Positions 47,697-58,700 of a stretch of 64,000 nucleotides of DNA are shown in pieces. Each line of letters opens with the position of its first letter. Positions within the stretch are counted from its first letter, which is position 1. The position numbers and the translations under genes were made by a program. Below the pieces are notes generated by a model, which made no database searches, had not been told where the DNA came from, and was given only the letters and a program-made list of their open reading frames with translations. The stretch comes from Candidatus Peregrinibacteria bacterium GW2011_GWF2_39_17 (lineage in GTDB: Bacteria > Patescibacteriota > Gracilibacteria > UBA1369 > UBA12473), in NCBI GenBank assembly GCA_000993615.1, contig LBWM01000001.1:23970-87969 (forward strand). Reading direction: 5' to 3'.

Positions 47697-50600
47697 ATGG
47701 AAAAGTTTAGAAAATCCATTGCTGGGGTAGGGTTAATGGCACTCTTAGTCTCTTTATTGGGATTTGGAGCCATTGCTCAGGCCAGCACATTTCCGGATGT
47801 ACCGGAAGATCACTGGGCATATTCAGCTGTTGAAGCTTTATATGCTACTGGTGTCGTCCAAGGTTATTCGGATGGTACTTATGGTGTAAATAATTACGCC
47901 AATCGCGCTGAATACGCGAAATTCGTTGTGGAAGCATTCAATATTCCTATGGATTCCAGCTATGACGCTGGTTTCACAGATGTTCCTGCCACGGAATGGT
48001 ATGCTCCTTATGTTAATGCCGCAGCTCAGAACGGTATCGTTAGCGGATATACAGATGCTGACGGTACTCCAACTGGGAAATATGGCCCATCTGACTCTAT
48101 TAATAGAGCCGCTGCCGCTAAAATGACTATGTTAGCTGCTGGCATCGCTGCCAATACTGACCGTGGTCCAAGTTTCTCTGATGTGGCTACTTCGGCTTGG
48201 TATTATAGTTATGTTCAGACCCTTTATAACTATCAGGTTGTTAGTGGTTACGGTGATGGCACATACCGCCCTGGTAACAATGTCTCTCGTGCTGAAATTG
48301 CAGTTATGATTGTAAACGGAATGAACCCTGTTTATCGTTATACAGAAGGTGACGACGACGATGATGTCGTCGACACTGATGGTGATGGTATTTTAGACGC
48401 TGATGATAACTGCCCTGCAGTTGCTAACCCTGATCAAGCTGACGCAGACGTTGATGGTGTTGGTAATGCTTGTGAGGTTGTTGTCCCAACTTCAAACGGT
48501 ACACTTACTGTTGCTGGTGGCACAGCTGTTAAGGGTGGATCAGTTCCTAAGGGTGCCACTGCCGTCGACATGTTAAATCTTAATTTGTCTGCTAGCGGTG
48601 AAGATATTATCGTTAGCGAATTGGTTTTCCACCGAGTAGGTGTTGGTTCTCATTCTGATTTCTCCAATGTTTACCTTTATGATGGAGCCAATCGTTTAAC
48701 AACTGGTCGAACAGTTTCTTCTGAAACTAACAATGTTACTTTTAGTGCCTTAAGCATAACTGTTCCTGCTAGCGCAGTTAAGGCTCTTACTGTTGTTGCT
48801 GATTTTTCATCCACTGCCGGAGCTGCTAATACAGATGCTTTCGAATTACTAAGTGCTGACGCCGTTACTTATAACGGACAAGCTCTTAGCGGAACATTCC
48901 CTATTAAAGGCGCTGATTATACGATCAGTGGTTCAACTGGTGGGGCAATTACTATTGCTCAATACGGCACTTTGCCTAACCCAACAGTTGGTGATATGGG
49001 AGCTGAAATTGCTCGCTTTAAATTAACTGCTGCTACTGAAGATCTTTACTTGAACCGCATTTCTCTTCGTGTTCGCGGTAGTGTAAGTTCTACTTTAGTT
49101 AGTAATTTCGTTTTAGAAACAGGCTCTGAAGATGTTGCCACAGTCGCTGCTTTAAATGGCAAGAGTCTAGCCGTGTTTGTTTTAGATACTCCAATTTTGA
49201 TCGCTAAGGGTAGCGACAAGATTTTTACTTTGAAGGCTGATATCGGAGCCGTTGATCCTAATGACACTATCGTTACAGATCTTGATGAAAATACTGACTT
49301 AGTTGCCATTGGAGCAGTTTACGGTTTTGGAGCTTCTGTAACTGCAACCGCTTATGATGGAAATACCGCTAGCGCTTCCACTAGCAGTTGTACAACTGTT
49401 ACTTGGGATGATGCTTCTTGTGTGACCGTTGAAGGTGGACAAGTTACGATTAGCTTCACAGGCCCTACTACTGGAAATGTAGCTATCAACTCCGATAACA
49501 CGGAAATGTTTGATTTCTCAATCACTTCCGCGATTGCTGTTGAGGTTCGCAAATTGACTTTCACGGTAGCTGTGACTACTGGTGATGCCGATGCTGATAC
49601 TGATGATTTATTCAACAGTACAACACCTAACTTCACTGATATCAAGATCGTTGATGGAGATACTGGTTTAACAGTTGGATCTGCTCAAGATGTTTCTACT
49701 TCAGGATCAGATACTACTCAGACCTTTGACTACACTGATGTCTTCACAATTGCTGCTGGCGAAACAAGACATCTTCAACTTACACTTGATATTGCTAACC
49801 AATCTGCTTTGGATGGCGAAATTGTCACTGCTTCTCTAAGTGCAGTTAGCACAAGTGAAGGTATTCTTAATACGGAAACTGGCGATTACGTCACTGACAT
49901 CGTTCCAAGTGGAGCAGTTAGTGGTAATGCCCAAACCGTTAGTTCGCCTTCTGTTTCCATCTCTTTGGCTTCCAGCCCAGTCAGCACCACGGTTGTTAAA
50001 GGTGCGACTAGCGTTGAGGCCGTAGGCTTCAATTTTACTGCCGGCAATGCTAATGACGTTAAGGTGACTGGTATTACCTTAACTGGTTATCTCGATGAAA
50101 ATATCGATGGAACCTATGCTGCTGGTGTTGATAATACGGTTTATATGAGTAGCGTGGTTTCTGCTGTAAGGCTTTATGATGGTTCTGGTAATCTTTTGAC
50201 ACCTAACCAAGAAAGCTTTAGTGGCACTGGTAGTACAGTTGCTTTTACTGGAATGAATTGGGTTATTAAATCAGGACAGACCCAGAAATTAGTTGTCGTT
50301 GCTGACGTGTACCGAAGTGGTATGCCTCACAATTCTAATAATGATATTTTCGGCTTTGATTTAGCTGATGTATCATCTGTGGTTACTGCTTATGACGAAT
50401 CCGGTCATACAGTTGATGCTACTAACGATTACGTAAACTGCGGTGGCACAAGTTGTACTGCTGCTCCAAGCCGCATTATTACTGTTCGGACTGCTGGTTT
50501 GGTCACCGTTGCATCTTCCACAAGTCCAGTTTTGCCTGATAAGGCAGTTGCTGGTGCAGATTCATCTACCGACCCATTGCTTGTTGGTCGCTATAAGATT

Positions 50601-51641
50601 TACGGTAATCACGAAGACTTCAAGGTTGAAGAGTTAACCATGATTAATTCTGGCAGTAATAATAGTGCCATTGATCAGGTTATTCTTCATTACCCAAGTT
50701 CTTTAACTAACTCCTCTTCCTTAGATTCTTCAGCAAGCGTTTCCCTTATTTCTGGGTCAGCTAGCTTCAAGGGATTATCCATGATGATTCCTCGCTCTGA
50801 CGATGCAGAAAATGCGGTATCGTTTGAAGTCTATGTAACCACCAATGATGTGAAGACAGGTGGTACTAGCACTGGAGATACTGTTATTATGAGTTTTGAT
50901 TACGATGCTAACTTTAAGGCTGTTGGTCAGGGTTCAGGGACAACTGTTACTCAAAGTTCAGGGGCTGATCTTTATGGATCAACAGCGAACGTTACCGGGA
51001 ATGCTGTGGCTCTCTATAAGACCTTACCAACTTTTACTAAGGATACTTCTGGAGCTACACGTTGTCCTTCTTCTACCTTAAGTCAAGGAACTGAATCTGA
51101 AGTTTATTGTCTTCAGGTTTCCGCCAATGCTAACGCTGACGTTGCTCTTTATAAATTGACTTTCGACGCTACACCAAACTTGCTTAATACTGGTTCTAGC
51201 GCTGGGCAATTAGCTAATGCTTCTGGTTGGAAGATTTACGAATACGACAGCAACGGTAATGTGAATAACACTGTTATTGCTACAGGTACTTGGGCAAGCA
51301 ACTCTGTTTCTATGTTCTTTACAGCTGAAGAAGTGATCACTAAGAACACAACTAGCTACTACGTTCTTAAAGCTCCTATTGCTTACTCCGCTGACCGTGG
51401 AGCTGCAAGCGCTAGCTTGACTGTTCGTTTAGCTGCTGAAAGTTCTACTGCTCACTTAGCTAGCACAACTGCTGCTTTAGCTCATGCTAACTCTGGCAAT
51501 AAGAACGTTTGGTCGGATATGTCCGATGCAGACCATAGTTCTAGTGCAGACGCTTTGGCTGATGCCACAGTGACTGACTGGACAGATAGCTACAAGCTTG
51601 AGTACTTATCAACTGATCGCTTAGAAATTAGTGAACCTTAA
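47697..51641 (+). CDS. major S-layer protein candidate (3 SLH, thrombospondin type 3-like Ca-binding repeat, multiple beta/Ig-like domains)
   Basis: Signal peptide (AQA). FPDVPEDHWAY, FTDVPATEWY and FSDVATSAWY SLH units. DTDGDGILDADDNCPAVANPDQADAD. T/S/A/V-rich, with strongly biased codons (GCT, ACT, GTT), a long leader and a strong terminator. Confidence 0.88.
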   Translation: MEKFRKSIAGVGLMALLVSLLGFGAIAQASTFPDVPEDHWAYSAVEALYATGVVQGYSDGTYGVNNYANRAEYAKFVVEAFNIPMDSSYDAGFTDVPATEWYAPYVNAAAQNGIVSGYTDADGTPTGKYGPSDSINRAAAAKMTMLAAGIAANTDRGPSFSDVATSAWYYSYVQTLYNYQVVSGYGDGTYRPGNNVSRAEIAVMIVNGMNPVYRYTEGDDDDDVVDTDGDGILDADDNCPAVANPDQADADVDGVGNACEVVVPTSNGTLTVAGGTAVKGGSVPKGATAVDMLNLNLSASGEDIIVSELVFHRVGVGSHSDFSNVYLYDGANRLTTGRTVSSETNNVTFSALSITVPASAVKALTVVADFSSTAGAANTDAFELLSADAVTYNGQALSGTFPIKGADYTISGSTGGAITIAQYGTLPNPTVGDMGAEIARFKLTAATEDLYLNRISLRVRGSVSSTLVSNFVLETGSEDVATVAALNGKSLAVFVLDTPILIAKGSDKIFTLKADIGAVDPNDTIVTDLDENTDLVAIGAVYGFGASVTATAYDGNTASASTSSCTTVTWDDASCVTVEGGQVTISFTGPTTGNVAINSDNTEMFDFSITSAIAVEVRKLTFTVAVTTGDADADTDDLFNSTTPNFTDIKIVDGDTGLTVGSAQDVSTSGSDTTQTFDYTDVFTIAAGETRHLQLTLDIANQSALDGEIVTASLSAVSTSEGILNTETGDYVTDIVPSGAVSGNAQTVSSPSVSISLASSPVSTTVVKGATSVEAVGFNFTAGNANDVKVTGITLTGYLDENIDGTYAAGVDNTVYMSSVVSAVRLYDGSGNLLTPNQESFSGTGSTVAFTGMNWVIKSGQTQKLVVVADVYRSGMPHNSNNDIFGFDLADVSSVVTAYDESGHTVDATNDYVNCGGTSCTAAPSRIITVRTAGLVTVASSTSPVLPDKAVAGADSSTDPLLVGRYKIYGNHEDFKVEELTMINSGSNNSAIDQVILHYPSSLTNSSSLDSSASVSLISGSASFKGLSMMIPRSDDAENAVSFEVYVTTNDVKTGGTSTGDTVIMSFDYDANFKAVGQGSGTTVTQSSGADLYGSTANVTGNAVALYKTLPTFTKDTSGATRCPSSTLSQGTESEVYCLQVSANANADVALYKLTFDATPNLLNTGSSAGQLANASGWKIYEYDSNGNVNNTVIATGTWASNSVSMFFTAEEVITKNTTSYYVLKAPIAYSADRGAASASLTVRLAAESSTAHLASTTAALAHANSGNKNVWSDMSDADHSSSADALADATVTDWTDSYKLEYLSTDRLEISEP

Positions 51642-51684
51642 TAAGCTAAGGTTGAATTTCTACTCTATTGAGTAAGAGTTAAAT

Positions 51685-51721
51685 AAAGGCCGCTCACCCC
51701 TTCGGGGGGAGCGGCCTTTTT
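51685..51721 (+). terminator. strong intrinsic terminator of the S-layer gene
   Basis: AAAGGCCGCTC-A-CCCC-TTCG-GGGG-GAGCGGCCTTTTT. Confidence 0.9.
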
Positions 51722-51788
51722 GTGTATAATTTTTTTTATTATGATTTTTGCGTTAATAGCCATCTGCAAAACATGCTAAAATAAGTTT

Positions 51789-53117
51789 ATGAAAATTACG
51801 GTTATTGGTACTGGCTATGTGGGGTTAGTTAGCGGCGCCTGCTTAGCAGAACTTGGGCATGAGGTTTGTTGTACTGATTGTAATTTGGCTAAAATTAGCC
51901 TTTTGCTAAAAGGGGAGTTGCCCTTTTATGAGCCGCGATTAAAGGCTTTAATTAAAAAAAATTATTCCGTAAGGCTTAATTTTTCAGTTAAAACAATTCA
52001 GGCCATTCAATGGGCTGATATTGTTATTTGTGCTGTCGGGACACCTTCTAGTCAAAGGGGAGAGGTTGATTTAGGTGGAGTCTTTGCTGTTGGTGAGTTA
52101 TTTGGAAAATCAATTAAGAAATACACTTTATTTATTAATAAATCCACGGTTCCGGTTGGGACAGGAGAAAAGTTGAGATCACTCATCAGTGATGAATTAC
52201 AGAAGCGCAGGGATATTAGTAAAAAAGATGGCTTCCATTTTGAAGTAGTTAGCAATCCGGAGTTTTTAAGCGAAGGAAGTGCGGTAAAAGATTTTTTAGA
52301 GCCAGCTCGTATTGTGGTTGGTTGTGAATCTGATCGAGCCTTAAAAATGGTAAAAAAACTTTATCAAACTTTAATTAAACGAAAATTTACATTCTTGGTA
52401 ACTGATTTAAGGAGCGCGGAATTAATTAAATATGCAGCCAATGCTTTTTTGGCCACCAAGATTTCCTTCATTAATGAAATAGCTAATTTTTGCGAAAAAA
52501 AAGGAGCAAATATTCATTCGATTGCAAGAGGAATAGGCTTGGATCCTCGTATTGGATTAGATTTTTTACAGGCTGGAATTGGTTACGGCGGTAGTTGTTT
52601 ACCAAAGGATGTGCGGGCTTTACTGGCTTCTGGAAAAAAAGAGAATTATCATTTTCGGTTATTAAAAGCCGTGGATGAGGTTAATAAGAATCAGCCTACT
52701 TTAATAATTACTAAATTAGAAACTCTCTATCCCCGCCTCAAAAATAAAAAAATAGCGATTTGGGGGTTAAGCTTTAAGCCCAATACTGATGATGTGCGTG
52801 AAGCTCCTTCGTTAAAAATTATCACCAAATTACTAGAGAAGGGTGCCAAAATCAAAGCCTTTGATCCAATTGCGATGCCCAGTGCCAAAAGACAATTTAA
52901 CATCACCCGTAACCTCAAATACGCGGCGAATAAATATGCGGCCATTGAGGGGGCAGATGCTTTAGTTTTACTTACGGAATGGCCGGAATTTAAAAAAGCT
53001 GATCTTAAAAAAATTAAAAAAAAATTAAAAAAAGCCGTGGTTATTGATGCGCGAAATGTTTATAATCGTCAAAAAGTGGAGCAGGCTGGCCTCAAATATT
53101 ATGGAGTAGGTGCGTAG
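51789..53117 (+). CDS. ugd: UDP-glucose/GDP-mannose dehydrogenase
   Basis: GTGYVG, KSTVPVGT, SNPEFL, KYAANAFLATKISF, GYGGSCLPKD, FKPNTDD. Confidence 0.95.
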   Translation: MKITVIGTGYVGLVSGACLAELGHEVCCTDCNLAKISLLLKGELPFYEPRLKALIKKNYSVRLNFSVKTIQAIQWADIVICAVGTPSSQRGEVDLGGVFAVGELFGKSIKKYTLFINKSTVPVGTGEKLRSLISDELQKRRDISKKDGFHFEVVSNPEFLSEGSAVKDFLEPARIVVGCESDRALKMVKKLYQTLIKRKFTFLVTDLRSAELIKYAANAFLATKISFINEIANFCEKKGANIHSIARGIGLDPRIGLDFLQAGIGYGGSCLPKDVRALLASGKKENYHFRLLKAVDEVNKNQPTLIITKLETLYPRLKNKKIAIWGLSFKPNTDDVREAPSLKIITKLLEKGAKIKAFDPIAMPSAKRQFNITRNLKYAANKYAAIEGADALVLLTEWPEFKKADLKKIKKKLKKAVVIDARNVYNRQKVEQAGLKYYGVGA

Positions 53118-53144
53118 GGCTTAAAATTATTAAATCAAGTGTCT

Positions 53145-54089
53145 ATGAAATATGTTGTTACTGGTGGAGCAGGCTTCATAGGGTCTCATATTGTTGGGGC
53201 TTTGGTCAAGCATGGGCAGGAAGTGGTGGTTATAGATGATTTTTCCACTGGGAAACAGGAAAACCTAAATGATTTGGAATCCAAAATTAAAATAGTTGAG
53301 GGAAGTATTGAGAACTTAGATTTACTTCAATCCCTTTTTAAAGGGGTTGATTTTGTATTACATCAGGCTGCTCTTCCTTCGGTGCCGCGATCCATTAAAA
53401 ACCCACTAAGAAGTAATAATGTAAATATTACCGGCACGCTTAATGTGCTTTTAGCGGCGCGGGACAATGGCGTAAAAAGGCTTGTTTATGCCAGTTCTTC
53501 CTCTGTTTATGGCAACCAGGAAGATCATCAATATAAGGTTGAAGATATGAACCCTTGTCCTTTATCTCCCTATGCTTTAACTAAATTTGCTGCTGAAAAA
53601 TATTGTCAGTTTTTTTACGAATTTTATGGTTTGGAAACAGTTATTTTACGCTATTTTAATGTGTTTGGCCCCAGGCAGGATCCAAATTCCGAATATTCCG
53701 CCGTAATTCCCAAATTTATTAATGCAGCGCTGCAAGGAGAAGAAGTAACAGTCTTTGGTGATGGCTCCCAATCCCGTGATTTTACTTATGTAGAGAATAA
53801 TGTGCAGGCTAATTTATTGGCTTGTAAGGCTCCAGGGGAAAAAGTAGCCGGCAAGGTATTTAATGTGGCTTGTGGGGCAACAGCAAGCCTTAATGAGCTA
53901 ATTAGGGTGATTGAGAAAATTTCTGGTTTTTCTCTGAAGCGGCAATTTTTCCCTCCGCGCGTCGGCGATGTAAAATTTTCTTTAGCTGATATTAGGCGCG
54001 CTCAGGAAAATTTAGGATATGAAGTGGGAATAAATTTCGAAGAAGGGTTAAAAAGGACAGTGGCATGGTACAAAGAGTTGCTTCGGTAG
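53145..54089 (+). CDS. NAD-dependent nucleotide-sugar epimerase (WbpP/GalE-like)
   Basis: TGGAGFIGSH, HQAALPSVPRS, YALTK, RYFNVFGPRQ. Confidence 0.92.
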   Translation: MKYVVTGGAGFIGSHIVGALVKHGQEVVVIDDFSTGKQENLNDLESKIKIVEGSIENLDLLQSLFKGVDFVLHQAALPSVPRSIKNPLRSNNVNITGTLNVLLAARDNGVKRLVYASSSSVYGNQEDHQYKVEDMNPCPLSPYALTKFAAEKYCQFFYEFYGLETVILRYFNVFGPRQDPNSEYSAVIPKFINAALQGEEVTVFGDGSQSRDFTYVENNVQANLLACKAPGEKVAGKVFNVACGATASLNELIRVIEKISGFSLKRQFFPPRVGDVKFSLADIRRAQENLGYEVGINFEEGLKRTVAWYKELLR

Positions 54090-54112
54090 GCGTTTGGGGC
54101 TTTCACCTTTTA

Positions 54113-54165
54113 TTCATTTTTTTGAAAGGTTTTATTCATGGGCAATGTGCTAAAAGAGAAGCATG
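54113..54165 (+). promoter_or_regulatory. putative competence-regulon promoter (copy 2, comM)
   Basis: TTCAT-N18-TCATG-N5-TGTGCTAA-N7-GC-ATG, same spacing as upstream of dprA. Confidence 0.6.
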
Positions 54166-55701
54166 CCCTCACTTATTTATTCCTGCGCACTTTCGGGTAT
54201 CGAGGCGTATGGAGTTGAAATCGAAGTTGATATTTTAAATGGCCTGCCACATTTTGCCGTGGTCGGTTTGGGTGACACCGCCATCCACGAGGCTAAAGAG
54301 CGGGTAAGATCGGCTTTGGTTAATAGTAAGGCTTCGTTTCCAAAGCGTCGTAAAATTGTTAATTTGGCGCCAGCCAACACGCGGAAATGTGGGCCGGCTT
54401 TTGATCTACCGATTGCAGTCGGATTATTGGCTGCCTCAGATCAAATTCCCTCATCTTCCACTGATAAAGCTCTATTTGTAGGTGAATTGGCTCTGAATGG
54501 CACGCTTCGCCCGGTAAAGGGTATTCTCTCTTTTGCTTTTTTTGCCAAAGAAAATGGTTTTAATTTTCTTTATGTTCCGGCTGAAAATGTAAAAGAAGCT
54601 TTACTGGTATCTGATCTTAAAATTTTTGGAGTCAAAGACTTAAGCCAGTTAATTGCTCATCTTAAGGGTAAATCATTAATTGAGCCTCAAAATTCGCGTA
54701 AAAATTTCCCCTCTGTTGTTCAGGGGGCGAGCGATTCTTTTGATGAATTGGATTTAGATTGCATTAGAGGATGCGATCAAGCTATTCGCGCCATGGCCAT
54801 TGCCGCTAGCGGTCATCATCATCTGTTAATGTCCGGACCACCTGGTTCTGGAAAAACTTTATTGGCTCATTATTTGCCATCATTATTGCCCTATTTGGTA
54901 GAACAGGAATGTATTGAATTAACCAAAATTTATTCTACGGCTGGCTTGTTGCCTGCTAAAAATCCCATTATTCAAATACGCCCTTTTCGAGCTATTCACC
55001 ATACCGCCTCTGCTGTTTCAGTTGTTGGAGGAGGATCAATTGTGCGGCCTGGCGAAATTTCCTTGGCTCATCGGGGCGTGCTTTTTTTAGATGAAATTCC
55101 GGAATTCCCTAGGGCTATTTTAGAAAGTTTAAGGCAACCACTAGAAGATAAGACTGTCACCGTGGCCAGAGCTTCTGGGACGATTACTTTTCCGGCTAAT
55201 TTTATGTTGATCGCAGCTATGAATCCGTGTCCGTGCGGTTACGCAGGAGATGAAAAACACGAATGCCATTGTTCCGCGAAAGAACAAATTCATTATCGCC
55301 AAAAATTATCCGGCCCATTACTTGATCGGATTGATTTGTTTGTTTCCATGAAGAGAATTATTTTTGATGATTTATACAATAATAGTGAGTCAGGAAGTTT
55401 ATCGAAAATTAAAGAGCAAATTAAAAAGGCCAGGCTAGCGCAGCAAAAGCGCTTCAATTCCAGGGTTTTACTTAATAGTGACATGACACCGCGCCTAGTG
55501 AGGGAATTTTGCTTTTTGAGTTCGGATGGCAAGGAAATATTAAGACAAGCTATGGAAAGGTATCGCTTGTCAGCTCGGGGTTGCCACCGGGTGCTTAAGG
55601 TGGCGCGAACTTTAGCTGACATGGAAGAAGCGAGTTTTATTCAGGATCAGCATTTACTGGAAGCTTTGCAGTACCGCAATAACCTTCCAGACAATCGTTA
55701 A
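54163..55701 (+). CDS. comM: ComM/YifB Mg-chelatase-like AAA+ helicase
   Basis: VNLAPA, FDLPIA, GPPGSGKT, PGEISLAHRGVLFLDE, MNPCPCG, SGPLLDRID, VARTLAD. Confidence 0.95.
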   Translation: MPSLIYSCALSGIEAYGVEIEVDILNGLPHFAVVGLGDTAIHEAKERVRSALVNSKASFPKRRKIVNLAPANTRKCGPAFDLPIAVGLLAASDQIPSSSTDKALFVGELALNGTLRPVKGILSFAFFAKENGFNFLYVPAENVKEALLVSDLKIFGVKDLSQLIAHLKGKSLIEPQNSRKNFPSVVQGASDSFDELDLDCIRGCDQAIRAMAIAASGHHHLLMSGPPGSGKTLLAHYLPSLLPYLVEQECIELTKIYSTAGLLPAKNPIIQIRPFRAIHHTASAVSVVGGGSIVRPGEISLAHRGVLFLDEIPEFPRAILESLRQPLEDKTVTVARASGTITFPANFMLIAAMNPCPCGYAGDEKHECHCSAKEQIHYRQKLSGPLLDRIDLFVSMKRIIFDDLYNNSESGSLSKIKEQIKKARLAQQKRFNSRVLLNSDMTPRLVREFCFLSSDGKEILRQAMERYRLSARGCHRVLKVARTLADMEEASFIQDQHLLEALQYRNNLPDNR

Positions 55702-55776
55702 CTGGTTGTGGTTGTTTATTTACGTCTAAGTTAAGTTGGTGTTTTTAGAACAATCCTTTATAATCTCGGATGAAAT

Positions 55777-58700
55777 ATGCAAAAGCCACATCATCTTAAA
55801 CCCAAAAAAGTTCTCATCCTCGGTTCAGGAGCACTGAAAATCGGGGAAGCTGGAGAATTTGATTACTCCGGATCGCAAGCAATTAAGGCGATGCAGGAGG
55901 AAAAAATAAAAACCGTGCTCATTAATCCCAATATCGCTACTAATCAAACTTCTAAGGGGCTCGCGGATACGATTTATTTCCTTCCGGTCGACCCCTTTTT
56001 TGTTGAAAAAGTAATTGTTAAAGAAAAACCGGATGCTCTGCTTTTATCTTTCGGTGGGCAAACAGCTTTAAATTGTGGCTTGGAGTTGGAGCGCTTGGGG
56101 ATTTTCAAGAAAAATAACGTTAAAGTTTTGGGAACGCCGGTTAAAACTATCGAAAATACCGAAGATCGTGAATTATTTAATAAGGAACTGCAAAAAATTA
56201 AGGTGAATGTACCCAAAAGCATCCCTTGTATCAGTGTGGTAGACGGACTTAAGGCAGCTAAAATTATTGGCTATCCGGTAATTGTGCGAGCGGCTTTTGC
56301 TTTGGGTGGAAAGGGATCCGGCGTAGCCAAAAACGAAAATGCTTTGCGGGAAATCTTAGAAAATGCTTTTGCCTTTAGTCCGCAGGTTTTAGTTGAAGAA
56401 AATCTTACTGGTTGGAAAGAAGTGGAATACGAAGTAGTACGCGACGCTTATGATAACTGTATTACAGTTTGCAACATGGAAAATATTGACCCGATGGGGA
56501 TTCACACCGGCGAAAGTATTGTAGTGGCACCTTCTCAAACTTTAAATAATCATGAGTATCACAAGCTGCGCGAAATCGCGATTAAAACGATTCGTCATCT
56601 GGGGATTGTGGGGGAATGCAATATTCAATATGCGCTCGATCCGCATTCGGCTGATTACCGGGTAATTGAAGTTAATGCTCGTTTATCGCGATCTTCAGCT
56701 TTGGCTTCTAAGGCTACTGGCTATCCTTTAGCCCATGTAGCCGCTAAGTTGGCTCTTGGTTATTCTTTACCGGAGTTGAAAAATTCTGTTACTGGTACCA
56801 CTACAGCCTGTTTTGAGCCGGCACTTGATTATTTGGCTTTGAAAATTCCGCGTTGGGATCTTGATAAATTCCGCAAAGTCTCAGTGGAAATTACCACAGA
56901 AATGAAGTCAGTAGGCGAAATTATGGCTTTAGGTCGTAGCTTTGAAGAGGTGATGCAGAAAGGTTTACGCATGTTGCAAATCGGGCTGCATGGACTGGTT
57001 GCCAATGAAAATTTGGAAAAATTGGGACAGGGGGATTTAAAAAAATCTATTCAAGTACCGACTCCGCGGCGCATGTTGGCCGTGGCCGAGGCTATCAAGC
57101 AGGGATGGAGCACGGAAAAAATCAGCGAACTTTCCGGAATTGACCAGTGGTTTTTAGATAAATTAAAAAATATTGTTAAAGTGTCCGAAAAGATTAAGAA
57201 AACATCTAAATTAACCGGAAGTTTAATGCTGGAAGCTAAGAAAAACGGTTTTTCGGATCATCAAATCGGCACACTCCAGAAAAAATCAGAGCAGCAAATT
57301 AGAGTTTTGCGAAAAAAATTAGGTGTTTTCCCTGTGGTTAAGCAAATCGATACGTTGGCCGCTGAATATCCCGCAAAAACCAATTATCTCTATTTAACTT
57401 ACCACGGCGAAATTGATGATATTTCCTTTAAATCCAAAAAAAAGAAGGCCATAGTTTTGGGGTCAGGCGCTTATTGTATTGGTTCTTCGGTAGAATTCGA
57501 TTGGTGTGGAGTTAATGCCATTCGCACTTTTGCCAAAGAAGGTTATGAAACAATTATGGTTAATTATAATCCAGAAACGGTTTCTACTGATTATGATATT
57601 TGCGATAAATTGTATTTTGATGAGCTCTCTCTGGAGAGGGTTTTAGATATTTGCGAAAAGGAATATCCAAAAGGAGTTATGGTTTCTATGGGCGGCCAAA
57701 TTCCCAATAATTTAGCCATGAAGTTATATCGAGCCAAAGTGCCTATTTTTGGAACTTCACCTAAGGATATTCATCGTGCGGAAAATCGGAATACTTTTTC
57801 CCAAATGCTGGATGATTTAAAAATTGATCAGCCGAAGTGGCAAGAATTTGCTAATGTTAAAGATGCTTACAAGTTTGCCGACGCAGTGGGGTATCCGGTT
57901 TTGGTTAGGCCTTCGTATGTTTTATCTGGAGCAGCGATGCGTGTTGCCCAAAATAAGGAAAGCTTGGAGCTTTATTTGGCTAAAGCCGCTCGGATTTCAG
58001 TCGAAGCGCCAGTTGTAATTAGTAAATTTGAAAAAGGAGCCAAGGAAATTGAAATGGATGGGGTGGCTTATAAAGGAGAATTAATTATTTGGGCCATTTC
58101 CGAGCACGTAGAAAATGCCGGAGTACATTCTGGTGACGCCACGATTGTTTTGCCGCCGCAAAAACTTTATTTGGAAACAATTAAGCGGATTAGGCAGATG
58201 AGTAAATCAATCGCCAAATCGCTTAATATTAGTGGGCCTTTTAATATTCAATTTTTGGCTAGAAATAACGCTATTAAGGTTATTGAATGCAATTTGCGAG
58301 CCAGTCGCAGCTTCCCGTTTTCTTCTAAGGTTACTGGGCATAATTTTATTGAGATTGCGACTGAAGCTATGACTGGCAAAGTTAAACCTAAAGATTATCG
58401 CAACCGACACTATCGGACTTTAGATTTAGATCACGTGGGGGTAAAAGCTCCCCAATTTTCTTTTTCGCGTTTAAAAGGGGCAGACCCGGTTTTGGGGGTA
58501 GAAATGGCTTCTACTGGAGAAGTGGCTTGCTTTGGGAAGGATCTTCCGGAGGCCTTTTTGAAGGCCATGATTTCCGTTGGATTTCATCTGCCCAAAAAGA
58601 ACATCTTGGTTAGTATTGGGACAATTCAGGATAAAGCCGATATGTTATCTTCAATTCGCTGGTTTGCTGAAAATGGGTTTAAAATTTACGCCACTGAAGG

